NCBI GenBank assembly: GCA_964016885.1
Contig: OZ024743.1
Coordinates: 154,442,001 to 154,506,000, forward strand
From: Eledone cirrhosa
Taxonomy: Eukaryota
Reading direction: 5' to 3'
DNA: 64,000 nt
Part shown: positions 13,679 through 27,226 of the stretch, piece by piece
Position numbering within the stretch: position 1 is the stretch's first letter
Layout: each line of letters opens with the position of its first letter
Translations under genes and position numbers: made by a program
Notes under the pieces: model-generated
Database searches by the model: none
What the model was told of the DNA's origin: nothing
What the model saw: only the letters and a program-made list of their open reading frames with translations

Positions 13679-14343
13679 AAGTATGTATACGTACATACAT
13701 ATATGTATACAGACGTACAGTCGTATGTATATATATACATACATGTACACATATATATGTGTGCGTATGGTTTCACCGAACATTTATTATAATGCTCGGC
13801 TTCTTTGTAAACAAACATCCCGAATTAAGCGGTACAGTGTTTAGCAACCATCGTTGACCTTTTGTTCAACACTGACAAATGAACGATGTACTAGTTTCAA
13901 GCTTATTAGCTATCGTCACCATAGTATACTTTCCTGCCAGATGATTGAACGTCTGAAAGTATATACTTTCCTTATACATATTAAAAGCTGAACAGCCTAA
14001 TTTGCATATTGAGTGAGTTAATCGGCCGGGCGCACCGAAAAGGATATATGGAAATAATGAAACAACATTTCATTTCTCACTCACTATTAGTACGGCTGTT
14101 ACTTAAATAGTGGTTGCTAAACACTGTACGGCTTAATTCGGGATGTTTGTTTACAAACAAACCGAGCATTATAATAAATTTTCGGTGAATCCATACGTAC
14201 ATATATATATATGTGTGCATGTATGTATATATATACATACTACTGTACGTCTATATAGATATATGTATGTACGTATACATACTTATATTTAAGTAACTGC
14301 CGTACTAAGAGTGAGTGAGAAATGAAGTTTTGTTTCATTTTTT

Positions 14344-14345
<2 letters not shown>
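12938..14345. repeat. ~420-bp HHR repeat (retrozyme-like family B), partial units in alternating orientations
   Basis: Same unit as 35731-37669; orientation switches near 13495, 13640 and 14105; (TA)n flanks. Confidence 0.85.
13203..13243 (-). ncRNA. Minimal hammerhead ribozyme (family B)
   Basis: CGTTG-CTGACGA-TAGCT aata AGCTT-GAAA-CTAG-TA-CAGCG. Confidence 0.85.
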
Positions 14346-14386
<41 letters not shown>

Positions 14387-14389
14387 GGA

Positions 14390-14497
<108 letters not shown>

Positions 14498-14524
14498 TTG
14501 GGGAGGGTCATATTTGTGTAATTA

Positions 14525-14689
14525 AGAATATGTATTTTGTTCCTTACCGGTTTAGCACCAATTGTACTTTTCAAAAGTAGCATTGCAATGGAGGGTTTCT
14601 AAAATCCACAAACCCTCCATCCCAATTTTACTTTTGAAAAGCATAAAAACAGTGAAACCTCGTAAAACTAATATATATTCATATATATA

Positions 14690-14723
<34 letters not shown>

Positions 14724-14960
14724 GTTCCTTTACCCGTTTCGCAGTTCTTGTTCTTTTCAAATGTAAAAACCACAAACCCTCCATCTCAATTCTACTTATG
14801 AAAAGCATAAAAACAGTGAAACCGGTAAAGGAAAGAAATATATATTCTTAAAAAGACGTCAGTTGCATTTTGATTTATTTATTTTCCTTATACTTTCACT
14901 CGTGTAGAACATTTCGTTCTTTTTCATGTTGAAAAAAAATCATTTTCTTATGTATATATA
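14525..14960. repeat. Cluster of short degenerate copies of a U3-A8 HHR repeat in mixed orientation
   Basis: TGAAAA-G...GAAA-CCGG-TA-like motifs near 14541-14580 (-), 14630-14670 (+), 14725-14762 (-) and 14795-14831 (+); intact relative at 22196. Confidence 0.6.
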
Positions 14961-14964
14961 TATG

Positions 14965-15341
14965 ATGTTGGCATCACCTTTAATATACACCCAAACCCTG
15001 GGCCCAGTGCTTACCCGCCGACGCAAAAATCTCATTCGCATATCATAACAACAATATGGGACAATTATTTCACCTCAATTTGCCCTGCTCTCATTAAGAT
15101 TACATCAAAACACATCAACCCAGAAACAGACCCCATCAAGTTCAAGAAGTCTTTGGACAAATTCCTTCAAGAAATGCCGGATAAGCCCCCTACACCCGGA
15201 TATGCCTTCGTAAACAATAACTCCCTTCTCGCGTGTTCCATAGTGCCCAAACCCTGACTTGTAAGACTTCGCCAGGTGGTGCTGTTAAGTTAGACATGGC
15301 CTGTGCCAATACTTGTCGAAACCTATCAAAGTTATCAAAGG
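14965..15341 (+). mobile_element. 3' fragment of an APE-type LINE (CR1/L2 group)
   Basis: Translates to DPIKFKKSLDKFLQEMPDKPPTPGYAFVNNNSLL, a typical ORF2 C-terminus; short 3' UTR ending in a TATCAAAG repeat. Confidence 0.6.
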
Positions 15342-15349
15342 TTTGTATT

Positions 15350-15641
15350 TAATAATAAATAAAAACGGCGTAGACATACAATACAACAGGAAGAAACATA
15401 ATGGTACCACTGATGATGTTGCAGATGTGCAACGAAAGAACTTTGTTAGACTTTATATATGTATGTATTTACATCTGTATTTTTGACCGTTGCTCAATCA
15501 ATAATAAACAGTGATTGATGGATGAATTATCTATGGAGATATAAACGATACAGAAGCGAAACCAAACGAAATAGTGAGTGTGTTCCGTTATTATTTCTGG
15601 CAACAATATTATTACAACAATAGGACCCTCCCCAAGTATAA
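15350..15641 (+). mobile_element. Solo pseudo-LTR of the 3425-5300 PLE family, with HHR at 15405-15448
   Basis: Aligns with 5005-5300; CTGATGA-T-GTTGC agatgt GCAAC-GAAA-GAAC-TT; ends GACCCTCCCAAGTATA then (TA)n. Confidence 0.8.
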
Positions 15642-15703
15642 TATATATATATATATAGAGAGAGAGAGATTACAATAATCAAAGTTCAGTTTAAGTCATT
15701 TAT

Positions 15704-15752
15704 TTGCTTACAATTGTTTCCTCCAAACCGAGGTTTGGATTCTTCGGAGCAA
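15704..15752 (-). ncRNA. Hammerhead ribozyme, U4C core (inverted copy)
   Basis: Reverse complement of 18738-18786. Confidence 0.8.
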
Positions 15753-18737
15753 CTATTTACTGATCTATAACATACTTGACCTCCTTTTCAATCCAAAAGA
15801 CGATGCACTTCTACTTATAGACTATAAAAAATTCAATATAGAAAGGACTAGAAAACTATTGCACAAAACATTCAAAAACTTTAACCTTAGTATTACCATG
15901 GACAAAAACACTAAAAACGTCAACTTCCTAGACGCCACACTCTACTTAGACTCAATGATATATACACCTTTCCACAAACCTAATGAAAAACTCATCTACG
16001 TAGATACCAAGTCTAACCACCCTAAATCTATATTGAACTCTATCTCTAAGGGAGTATCTAATAGAATCTCTAATCTATCCTATGACATAAACACATTTAA
16101 CAATAACTCACAGTATTATAATCAGGCATTAGCTAGATCAGGCCATAATACAGGGATATAGTTCCTACCTACAAAAACACATAGCTACAACATCATTTCA
16201 CACAACATGTCCATGGGAAAATTTAATAATAGGAATAGCAACTGCACACACACTAATAGGGATTGTAACAACAAGAGTAACCCGCACCACAGAAATGACC
16301 ATAGGAACATTAAAGGAAACAAATCACCTGATATAAAAAACAGAAATAGAAGAAGAAATAATACATTTTTCAACCCTCCTTTCAATTTAAACGTCTCTAC
16401 CAACCTTCCTAGGGCTTTCTTCTCACTACTAGATAAACACTTCCCATCCGGCCACAGGTACCACGGCCTTTTAAACAAAAACACTATTAAGATCTCATAC
16501 TCTACTACGCCTAACTTAGCATACCACATAGCTAGTACAAATAAAAGAAAAATTAATTCTTACTTCCAACAAACTAAATCACAACGGTCGATAAACCTTC
16601 AAAATAACATTCAAAATAACAGTCAAAGTAACATTATAACAAATAACCGTAATATCAATGGAAATAATAGTAATAGCACTAGTGTAAACATTAACGCTGC
16701 GTACCACAACCCACATAACCATAACCCTTTAGCTAACATCCAAACTTCTACACAGCATAGTAACCGGCAGACTAGCACCCAGAGTAATTGTAACTCTAGA
16801 TCAAGTAGAACCTGCCCTCTAGATAAAAAATGCTTAACCAAGGATATCATATACTCATGTACAGTCACAACTAACAGCTCTTCTGAAACCTACATAGGCT
16901 CCACTTCTAACTGCTTTAAAACTAGATACAATTCGCACCTCCACTCTTTCAAAAAACACAGTCTAGCCAACTCCACTTCACTATCTAGCTACATACACTA
17001 TCTAAAAACTAAAAATAAAATATATACACTTAAATGGGAAGTGGTAGGTAGTGCAACATCGTACAAGCCACCTGATAAATTTTGTAACCTCTGTCTACTA
17101 GAGACCCATACTATCATCTTCTCTAAACATAATCTCCTTAATAAAAAATCAGAAGTGTTCGCAACTTGCCAACACCGCTTCCAACACTCGTTCCAAAACT
17201 TTAAACCCTATATATAATAATGTCAGACTGGAACCGGCACCACCCCTAGCAATTAACATCAGTAGCACACCTTACACCTCACATCCACACCCATCTCTAT
17301 ACTCTAAAATAATACTGACAGCATTTTAGTACCACCTACCCTGGGAATACCCCCTTGTACCTCTAATTCTGATATCTCGACCGTGGACTACTTATTCTGC
17401 ATTGCACAAATATAAGATTAGTATAAACTGGGGACACGGTACTGGTTGCGATAACATAGTCCTGTGCTTGGATTCCCACCAAGAGATAGATTGATGATTA
17501 TATAGATAATCGTATTGTTATGTGAATATATACTGTAAACGATCAGTTCAATGAATTATGCACGTAATCATCTTGATGTGAACTCCTTTAGTACCTATTA
17601 ATAGACTCCACTCTAGCTTGTAGATGTGATACTTAATTGATTTATATATGAGACGGGGGTTGTCTATTGCTTGATGACCAGACTAGTGCCTTTATATGAG
17701 AGATTGGATCTCCGGACCATACCGAAGATTTACTGGAGATTCAGACATGCAATGACCCGGAGCCTACCGGGTGGCATATATAATAGTGGGACCATACCAG
17801 GTCCTACTGTTATATTACATTTGCATGGAACAGTGACTTGAGAGTCTGACTCCTCTTATAGAACGTTCAGATATGACACCCCTTAATGGATGGTAATCAT
17901 CATAACATATACACCCTTGTACTTCTTAATGGACAACTCTCTAACCTATAAATGGGTAACATACTCTAGAAATTAGTTATAACTTCATATGATAGGCACG
18001 TATTTGAATCACCATTAATGTAGTTTAGGATAGTAATTTAACTAAGATAACTAGCTAGTTACCTCACCTTACGCATTAATTCCCCTTAGTCATTCAGACA
18101 CTTCCGGAATCTGGACAGCATGATCTATTAATTAAGAACCGACTGGATACGGTTTATAGCTTGATTATATGCTGAACCACCGCGAATTATACGATAGACA
18201 CGTGTTCTCTATATATATTGCGTCTCATGGATTATGTGAGTGGTGGTGTGAGCGAAGACAGTGGTACGGCTTTGCCTACGATACAATAAGGTTTACAGTA
18301 TGTTGAAAGTTTTTGATATTTTGGTGTTCCCCTGCATCCGAGACTGTATATCATACAGATGTATGAGAATAAATGACTTAATAATTCAACCCACATAATA
18401 CGATCGATTGCCTGCTTCAACCGCCTGACCCTGCAAATATCATTCTGACGCACTCTAATCATGTATAAATAAGACACGCGTGCATGCTACACGTGATATT
18501 GTTTCATACACTGACTACTCTAAACTTTCCTCTTGCTTTATCTTCATAGACTGCCAACGCTTCATGTTTATCTTTATTTTCATTCTTGTTTTTATTTTTA
18601 TCCTGCAACCTTTATATGTAAATTGCCATGCTATATCATTTGATGAATGTCACCCCACTGTTGATCAATATGCGCATATGTTTTATGTGTCTCTTGGGTT
18701 GAAAAGGAGGTCAAGTATGTTATAGATCAGTAAATAG

Positions 18738-18786
18738 TTGCTCCGAAGAATCCAAACCTCGGTTTGGAGGAAACAATTGTAAGCAA
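18738..18786 (+). ncRNA. Hammerhead ribozyme, U4C core variant
   Basis: TTGCT-CCGAAGA-A-TCCAAACC tc GGTTTGGA-G-GAAA-CAATTG-TA-AGCAA; stem III palindrome ACAATTGT. Confidence 0.82.
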
Positions 18787-18992
18787 ATAAATGACTTAAA
18801 CTGAACTTTGATTATTGTAATCTCTATATAACTGCTCTGTAAAACAACTGATGTTATTACATTGAGCTATTTATCTTACTGGTAATAGGATAGTAATTAA
18901 TGACTATCTTTCACTATTTAGGGTTTGTATATATAATATATTACCATTAAAGGTTTTATTGCATACATAACCATAAACAGTACCCTTAATAC

Positions 18993-19023
<31 letters not shown>

Positions 19024-19128
19024 AGAATATGCATATTCTACATCTTTATGAGTATATATATATGTATACAGTATATATATATATATATGAATAACAAAGT
19101 AAGAGGCTGGGGTTAAATAAATCGTCTA

Positions 19129-19217
19129 ATCATTATAATTATTTCCACGGTTCTCCATGCAATCGAGATGTCCTTCATGTATTTGTTGTTGTTATGAGAA
19201 CGGTATCCTCAGATGAT
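19129..19217 (-). ncRNA. Hammerhead ribozyme with long stem II loop
   Basis: ATCAT-CTGAGGA-TACCGTTCTC...GAGAACCGTG-GAAA-TAATTA-TA-ATGAT. Confidence 0.78.
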
Positions 19218-19661
19218 GTCCGATTTGTTTGATATGCCGCCGGCAGGAAAAAAGACTTGTTCTATTGCATGTTTTCCCAGCAAACTTATGTGTTCCTGAA
19301 AGTGTTTGCTCGAGTAAAGTGCTATCAACGTGTCAATTAGTGTAAACAGGATTCACGCACGCCCTACGTAAATTAGCAGAGAGGTAATCTCTCAAATATG
19401 CTGATCTGTATCAAACGAAAAAACGAAAAAGCGAAAAAAAGTATGTTTAGCCAAAGCCCAGTAGATAGTGGAAGTATTAAATAGAGCTCAGAGGGAGGGT
19501 GGAGTACACATTTTGTTGACAGCTACATTAAAACAACAGCTACAGCAACAACAAAAACACGACAACAACAGCCAAACACCGACCAAAAGTCTTTCACACC
19601 GGCCATAGCAGTCGTAGTGATATTACTACCTGTCTGACAATAACAACGATAGTGTGTGTGT

Positions 19662-19763
<102 letters not shown>

Positions 19764-19880
19764 AGAAAATTAATAAAGGCAGAACAAGACAATGAATAAA
19801 AAAAAAATTAACGTCACACAACTCCAGGGCCTTTAGCCGTTCAGATGGACTTTACCAATTTTACGCCTACAACAGTACTG

Positions 19881-19914
<34 letters not shown>

Positions 19915-19919
<5 letters not shown>

Positions 19920-20910
19920 ATATTAAATAAATAGAAACTATTTTTATAAAACCATATTTATTCTATTATATATATTTCAAGGTTACCAAAACACTTTTGT
20001 ATGCTTTCATCAGATAAAATACAAAGTGTGTTTTATAAATATTGACATATCCACAAGGAACATACCTTATCAGTTGAAGTTTTCCTTGGATAGTGGACTT
20101 AGAGACAGATTTTTCAAAGTTGTTAAGATGAGTATGCAAATGAATATGTAAATGAGGTTGAGGTATATGTTTGAAAAAACGTTATTTCAGGCGCTATGGA
20201 GAATTTCAATATGTGTTTGTATTAGTAGGAAAGAAAGAAAAGTAAGAAAAAGAAAAGAGAAATAGGAACAAAGAAAAGAAGACCATATATTTACGTTAAT
20301 TTTGGGGAAAGAATTTGAATATTTACCTGTATTATGTAAATACTTACATACATAATATATTATGTTTGTAAGTATTTATCTTATTACAATATTGTAATAG
20401 GTTATATGTATAAATATCTGTATATATTAATAATTGCATATATATTAGTATTAAAGAGATATAGAACATTTACAATCATTAGTTGTTTATAATATGAGTT
20501 ACGAGGGTTGTTTATTTTGTGTTTTATGTAAATAAATAGGTATTTCTAATTATAGAGGAGGAAAAATTTATCAATTTGAGTATTTTGTTCAGCATTGAAA
20601 ATGTGTTCATAATATTGATAATTTAGCGAAGTTAAGTATAAACGATTGAGAAAGGAAAGATAACTCCAATTTTGTTTGTTATTCGATAACATTGAAGAGT
20701 AAGTGTGACATTAATTATTTTAGTCAAAAGATGTGTGAATGTTTGAAAATCAAAAAAAGAGGAGATATGTAATGTGTTTATCTAAGAAACTGTCGTGAAG
20801 AGGATACATTTTTCTAATGTCAGTTAATGATTATCAATCTACATCTAAAAATATAACTTAAGAGGTTGTCATTAGAAAAATAATAATAATGTAAGAATTA
20901 AAAATTAAAA
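19915..20910 (-). mobile_element. 3' UTR/pLTR remnant of a Naiad-like PLE with HHR at 19961-20019
   Basis: Reverse-complement homology to 34100-35215; TTTTAT-CTGATGA-AAG...CTT-GAAA-TATATA-TA-ATAGAA. Confidence 0.72.
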
Positions 20911-20928
20911 ATTAAAATTATATACATA

Positions 20929-21006
<78 letters not shown>

Positions 21007-21129
21007 GTTATTAGGAGTATTCCAAAGCTTGGTAGAACAAGTTGTGAGGAAAGTTCTCAACATACGTTAAGGTGACTCGACAGGTTGGTAGGGATTCTGT
21101 AGTGGAAACACGAACAAACGAGGAGTCTA

Positions 21130-22098
21130 ATCAAAGAAAAGAAATAGGACGAAGGTAAACAATTACAAAAGAATTTAATCCACGTATTTACAATTGTTTC
21201 ATCAGAATTTCAGTCCATTATTGCTACACTATGTTATAATAGGCAATCAAGAAAGATACTGTGGCATCCGAATTTTCAAAATAGAAAGTTGGAATGACCT
21301 TAGGAAATGAAATAAGGGGTAGTAGTGTAAGATAGAGGAACAGAGAGAGAGAGAGAGGCAAAATAGAGGGAGAGAGAGAGAGAAAAGGGATAGAGGAAGG
21401 GAGAGAAAGAGATAGTATGGTGTGAGAGGATTTGTATAGGGAAGGGGGAGGAGGGATATATGCTAAAAGTTGTGATGAGTAGAGGGAGAGAGAAGGAAGA
21501 TAGAATTTTAAGAGGCGTTTGGAAGTGGACAGGCGAAAGTCTAACCAGAGAACGGATGAAGGAAGAAAGTATTAAATTTCATATATAGTCTATTTTTGGG
21601 GGTGTAGAATTGTAAATAACAATTCTACACCCCTAAAAATAGACTATATATGAAATATAATACTTTCTTCCTTCATCCGTCTCTGGTAAGACTTTCGCCT
21701 GTCCACTTCCAAATGCCTCTTAAAATTCTATCTTCCTTCTCTCTCCCTCTACTCATCACAACTTTTAGCACACATCCCTCCTCCCCCTCCCTATACAAAT
21801 CCTCTCACACCACACTATCTCTTTCTCTCCCTTCCTCTATCTCTTTTCTCTCTCTCTCTCTCCCTCTCTTTTGCCCCTCTTTCTCTCTCTGTTCCTCTAT
21901 TTTACACTACTACCCCTTATTTCATTTCCTAAGGTCATTCCAACTTTGTATTTTGAAAATTCGGATGCCACAGTATCTTTCTTGATTGCCTATTATAACA
22001 TAGTATAGCAATAATGGACTGAAATTCTGATGAAACAATTGTAAATACGTGGATTAAATTCTTTTGTAATTGTTTACCTTCGTCCTATTTCTTTTCTT

Positions 22099-22102
<4 letters not shown>
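21130..22102. repeat. Fold-back inverted repeat (~484-bp arms, 5-nt loop at 21614-21618), each arm with an HHR
   Basis: Centre GGGGTGTAGAATTGT aaata ACAATTCTACACCCC; arms complementary out to ATCAAAGAAAAG / CTTTTCTTTGAT. Confidence 0.93.
21948..22048 (+). ncRNA. Hammerhead ribozyme, U3-A8 core with ~70-nt stem II (mirror copy 21184-21284 on minus strand)
   Basis: GTATT-TTGAAAA-T-TCGGA...TCTGA-T-GAAA-CAATTG-TA-AATAC. Confidence 0.7.
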
Positions 22103-22150
<48 letters not shown>

Positions 22151-22195
22151 AGGGGGAGGATGTGAGAAAAACCACAGACCCTCCATCTCAACTCA

Positions 22196-22233
22196 CCTTT
22201 TGAAAAGCAGAAGAACTGCGAAACCGGTAAAGG
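22196..22233 (+). ncRNA. Minimal hammerhead ribozyme, U3-A8 core
   Basis: CCTT-TTGAAAA-GCAG aagaa CTGC-GAAA-CCGG-TA-AAGG; stem III palindrome ACCGGT. Confidence 0.8.
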
Positions 22234-22302
22234 AACCAAATAAATATATATATTTTTTTTAAAAATAAGACTTCAGTTGCATTTTCGATTTCATCCCTTT
22301 TT

Positions 22303-22341
<39 letters not shown>

Positions 22342-22464
22342 GTAACTTTTTGCTGAAAGGTAACAGTTTTACAAATATTAGAGATATTCACATTTAGAAA
22401 TATTAAAATATTAAAAATATTATACATTTACAAATGTTAAAGAGGATAGGATCATTTTGAAGGA

Positions 22465-23001
22465 TTATACGAATATTACACACAGTTCTGAACTTAGAGT
22501 TTCGCCAATAGAATTTACACAGTTTATTATATAAAAAATGTCTTCGATACATAATTTACAGAATCTTGATAAAGATATTGAGTAGTCTATATTCTTGCCT
22601 TTATATCCATATACGATGTGAAAGTGAAGTAGAAGTTTTTTATCAGATCTTTTAAAAGTATGATTATGGTTAATCCAGCGTTCTTTAAATTTTGTAGAAG
22701 TGGCACCAACATATTTAAACATGTTATCTTTAGTTTTAACTGTGCATTTGTAAACTACGTTTCTATCTAAACAATTATTTTGTAATGGGCAGCTTGATTT
22801 GATTCTACAGTTACATTTTATGGAATTGTTGTTGATCAGAATGCTACTATTATACTGGATATTGCTAGAAATATTATTATTGCTGTTTTGGTTATTTTGG
22901 TTAGGGTTTAAATTCAAGTCTTCATTATTAATTCTATCTATATGTTGTGGCACGTTCATAGTAGTAGAGTAGGATAGTTTTATAGTATCAGCTATAAACA
23001 T
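22465..23001 (-). pseudogene. Naiad-like PLE GIY-YIG endonuclease fragment
   Basis: IKLSYST...CNCRIKSSCPLQNNCL..NVVY..YVG.T...FKERW.NH; frameshifted downstream. Confidence 0.85.
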
Positions 23002-23026
23002 TTATATTTGCTGAATTACCAACAAA

Positions 23027-23085
<59 letters not shown>

Positions 23086-23111
23086 AGCCGAAACATGATT
23101 CGCGGTGAATT

Positions 23112-23229
<118 letters not shown>

Positions 23230-23296
23230 TAGATAGATAGATAGATTTAAACAAACACACACACACATGGGTATATATATATATATTTAGATATAC

Positions 23297-24008
23297 ATAC
23301 GATATTAATAAATGGAAACTATATTTATAAAACCTTATTTATTTCATTATATATATTTCAAGGATACCAAGTTAGATTATGGTATGCCTTCATCAGACAA
23401 AATGTAATATATAACAGTTTTATAAATAGACAGTGACGTACGGCTTTAAAAATTGACCGTTGCTTTTGGAGGCCATCAGGATAGTGGTTTGTTTACTTTA
23501 GTATGTCATAGTGTTAAGAGTAAGTACAAAGATGGAGAGAGAGAGAGAAACGTGGAGAAAAGAAAGGGAGAGATATATATAAAGAAAAAGAAGGAAGCAA
23601 AAAGAAAAGAGAACAGAGGAAAAATAACGGGGAGATATCAAACCATCAGACAGAGAAAAAATCCAGAGAGAGATATATAAAGATAGAGAGAGGGTGGGGT
23701 GCGGGGGAGAACGAAAACCTTAAGTTATGTCATATTAAGTTGAGTTAACAATTGGGATGAAATGCATCAATAAAATTAGAAATATTAATATTCATGAATG
23801 GAATATAGATATATAATATGAGAAATTACACATTGTTTAATTATGATTATATACTTAGTTTAAAAATTGAGATCAATATATTAAAAATTGGAATTTAAAC
23901 ATTATAAAATATATATATTGCTAGAGACATTATCTATCGTATATTACATACACATAGGCAAAGGTAAATAAATATATATATATATAAATGAGGTACATAA
24001 ATACATAA

Positions 24009-24083
<75 letters not shown>

Positions 24084-24821
24084 CACTCAGAAAATACACA
24101 TTATATCTACTCCCGCATATAATATATACATATAAAGCATAAGTGATTTTTTATTCATTGCTATACATTCCTTGTGTTATTAATGTATATGCTGGAGTAG
24201 ATATAATGTGTATTTTCTGAGTGAGTGTGTATATATATATTTATGTACCTTTGCCTATGTGTATGTAATATACGATAAATAATCTCTCTAGAAATATATA
24301 TATATTATAATGTTTAAATTCCAATTTTTAATATATTGATCTCAATTTTTAAACTAAATATCTAATCATAATTAAACAATGTGTGATTTCTCATATTATA
24401 TATCTATATTCCATTCATGAATATTAATATTTCTAATTTTATTTATGCATTTCATCCCAATTGTTAACTCAACTTAATATGACATATCTTAAGGTTTTCG
24501 TTCTCCCCCCCCCCCCCCCCTCTCTATCTCTATATATCTCTCTCTGGATTTTTTCTCTGTCTGATGGTTTGATATCTCCCCGTTATTTTTCCTCTGTTCT
24601 CTTTTCTTTTTGCTTCCTTCTTTTTCTTTATCTATATCTCCCTTTCTTTTCTCCACGTTTCTCTCTCTCTCTCGTAGATGTCTATGTCTATTTATAAAAC
24701 TGTTATATATTGTATTTAGTCTGATGAAGGCATACCATAATGTAACTTGATATCCTTGAAATATATATAATGAAATAAATATGGTTTTATAAATATAGTT
24801 TCAATTTATTAATATCGTATA
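23297..24821. repeat. Imperfect inverted repeat of a PLE 3' UTR, with HHRs at 23342-23402 (-) and 24715-24775 (+)
   Basis: Arms complementary from TACGATATTAATAAAT inward to 24120/24187; core CTGATGA-AGG...CCTT-GAAA-TATATA-TA. Confidence 0.85.
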
Positions 24822-25701
24822 TCTACTCCAAATATTTGTCGATGCTTTATATCAGTTATAAAAATATTTGCTCGTTGTATCCCAACAATTTAAATAGAAC
24901 TTTTGCATATATATATACATATATATTTATAAATAAACTATTTCCGTCGGAAAGGTACAGGAAAAAAAGAGTGACTGTCTTCAGTGAATAAATAACATGG
25001 TGTTTTTATTAAATATGGATTTGAAAACAAATTTAGGAAATATGAAAGTGAGGCTGAAAAAACGGGCAAAAAGGAAATTAGTGGAAAAATATATAAATAA
25101 ATATCCAGTACATAAACATACACACACTCAACCACGCGCATTTACGTCATAGTACGTAGACGTATACTTTTTCACATAAGCGTGTGTGCGTCTACACGGA
25201 AATACGAACAGGCATATAAATACATACACACACATATACACGAATATATTTGCACTCATATGTGTACACACAAACACACACATATATAAATACACATACA
25301 CATACATATATACAAACACAAGAACACAAAAAAGCTCTATACATACGCACTCGTGAATATATACATACGTGCATATAAACATACACATAGATATATATAT
25401 ACACATACACATACTCATACTTATCCATACACACATATATACACTAATGGATACACTCACACACACACATATATATATTTATATACATGCACATGCACGT
25501 ATCAATATGTGCGAACCATTGGAAAGTAGTTCAGAAGCAGAAATAACTATTTAATTAACATAAAAAAAATCCAAAATTATACATATAAGAAAATCAAAAT
25601 CAAAATAAAAAAAAACGAAAAGGGACGTGTTGACAACGGAGGGTGTGTGTGTTGGTTTTATTAAATACAAACAACTTAAAAATAAACAAATATACACGGT
25701 A

Positions 25702-25737
<36 letters not shown>

Positions 25738-25932
25738 AACGAGTTCCTATTACCCACTCTACTACCCTAAGTATTGAGTACTGTGGTGCGTTATGGTCCA
25801 CCTGGTTCCTTACCACATTTCCTTCGTAATATATATATATATATATATATACTATCCGGGAGCTTCCAACAGTAATGGTTGCATTATTTAAGGGTATGTC
25901 AATATTTATTTATAAAACTGCTCTATATTATA

Positions 25933-25993
25933 TTTTATCTGATGAAAGTACACCACTATTTAACTTGGTGTCCTTGAAATATGTCTAATGAAA
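25933..25993 (+). ncRNA. Hammerhead ribozyme (same family as 24715), stem III partly degenerate
   Basis: TTTTAT-CTGATGA-AAGTACACCA...TGGTGTCCTT-GAAA-TATGTC-TA-ATGAAA. Confidence 0.65.
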
Positions 25994-26037
25994 TAAATCT
26001 GGTTTTATAAATATAGTTTCCATTCGATTTGTTAATA

Positions 26038-26107
<70 letters not shown>

Positions 26108-26186
26108 AGATAAGCAGAACAAGCAAAAAAAAACAATATTTTAAAATAAATTAAAAAATATAATTTAAATATTTACTTACTCCAGT

Positions 26187-26269
26187 TGCTCTTACCGATC
26201 GGTTTCCCTTCACAAAACATTGGAAATTCATGGGATTTCCAATGGAAAAGTAAAGTTCATCAGAGAGCA
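26187..26269 (-). ncRNA. Hammerhead ribozyme with extended stem II
   Basis: TGCTCT-CTGATGA-ACTTTAC..CATTGGAAAT cccatga ATTTCCAATG..GTGAAGG-GAAA-CCGATCGG-TA-AGAGCA. Confidence 0.87.
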
Positions 26270-26932
26270 TTTTCCTTTCCTAGGGCTAAAGTCCTAGGAA
26301 CGGCAAAATATATTGCCATCTGATAGCTAGCACAAGATCGAGTGAGGCCCAAATTTGACCTGTACATGAACCAGTCCGTAGCAAGAGCGGAAGTAAACAT
26401 AGACGTGTTGTCTACTACACTACTAAAAATAGCAGCTAAATAGAACAACAGATTTGTTCTCTAAATAACGGAGAATATTAAAAGAAGTTAATAACAACTC
26501 TGTATCATAGACAACCTATATATGTCCAGGAGTACTTAGTACCCGTAGGCATATTAACTTCTTTAGATAGATATATGTACATATACCTATAAAAAAATAC
26601 AAACACACACACATATATGTATATATATATATATAAATAAATATATATATAAACAAATACATACGATATGTACATATATATATATATATATATGTACACA
26701 CACATATATATATACATATACATGCATACATATACACACACACATCCACATACATACACATACAAAACAAATACAATTAATTAGATAGAAATATCATAAA
26801 TACGTAACCCACGTACATACGTACACAAGCGCGCACACACGTACGCAATAAAAAAAATCAACACACGCATACATATAAACATAAATCCATACACACATAT
26901 ATACACATATATACAAATACACATATACATAT

Positions 26933-27004
<72 letters not shown>

Positions 27005-27009
<5 letters not shown>

Positions 27010-27106
27010 AACGAGTAGGAAACCGACGGCTGAGCTCAAGCCGTTTCGACGGAATTAACCGTCGAAACGGCTTGAGCTCAGCCGTTGGGGTCCTACTCGT
27101 TCCTAT
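27005..27106. repeat. Near-perfect ~100-bp hairpin containing the 3' half of an HHR
   Basis: GCCGTTTC-GACGG aattaa CCGTC-GAAA-CGGC; related ends at 25733-25830 and 42384-42430. Confidence 0.8.
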
Positions 27107-27182
27107 TACCCACTCTACTACCCTAAGTATTGAGTACTTTGGTGCGTTATGGTCCACCAGGTTCCTTACCACATTTCCTTCG

Positions 27183-27226
<44 letters not shown>

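Larger units (their letters stand above)
15665..18990 (+). mobile_element. 5'-truncated Naiad-like PLE with an inverted partial pLTR at its 5' end
   Basis: RT from the DDAL motif (~15800), in-frame TAG at 16159, EN ORF 16207-17217 (IIY..YIG, CNLC, CQH). 15665-15800 is the reverse complement of ~18688-18826. Confidence 0.92.

Noticed and set aside
18917-18926. TTTAGGG near PLE 3' ends (also ~42231) as a telomere-repeat signal
   Set aside because: Single occurrence per element, no tandem array.
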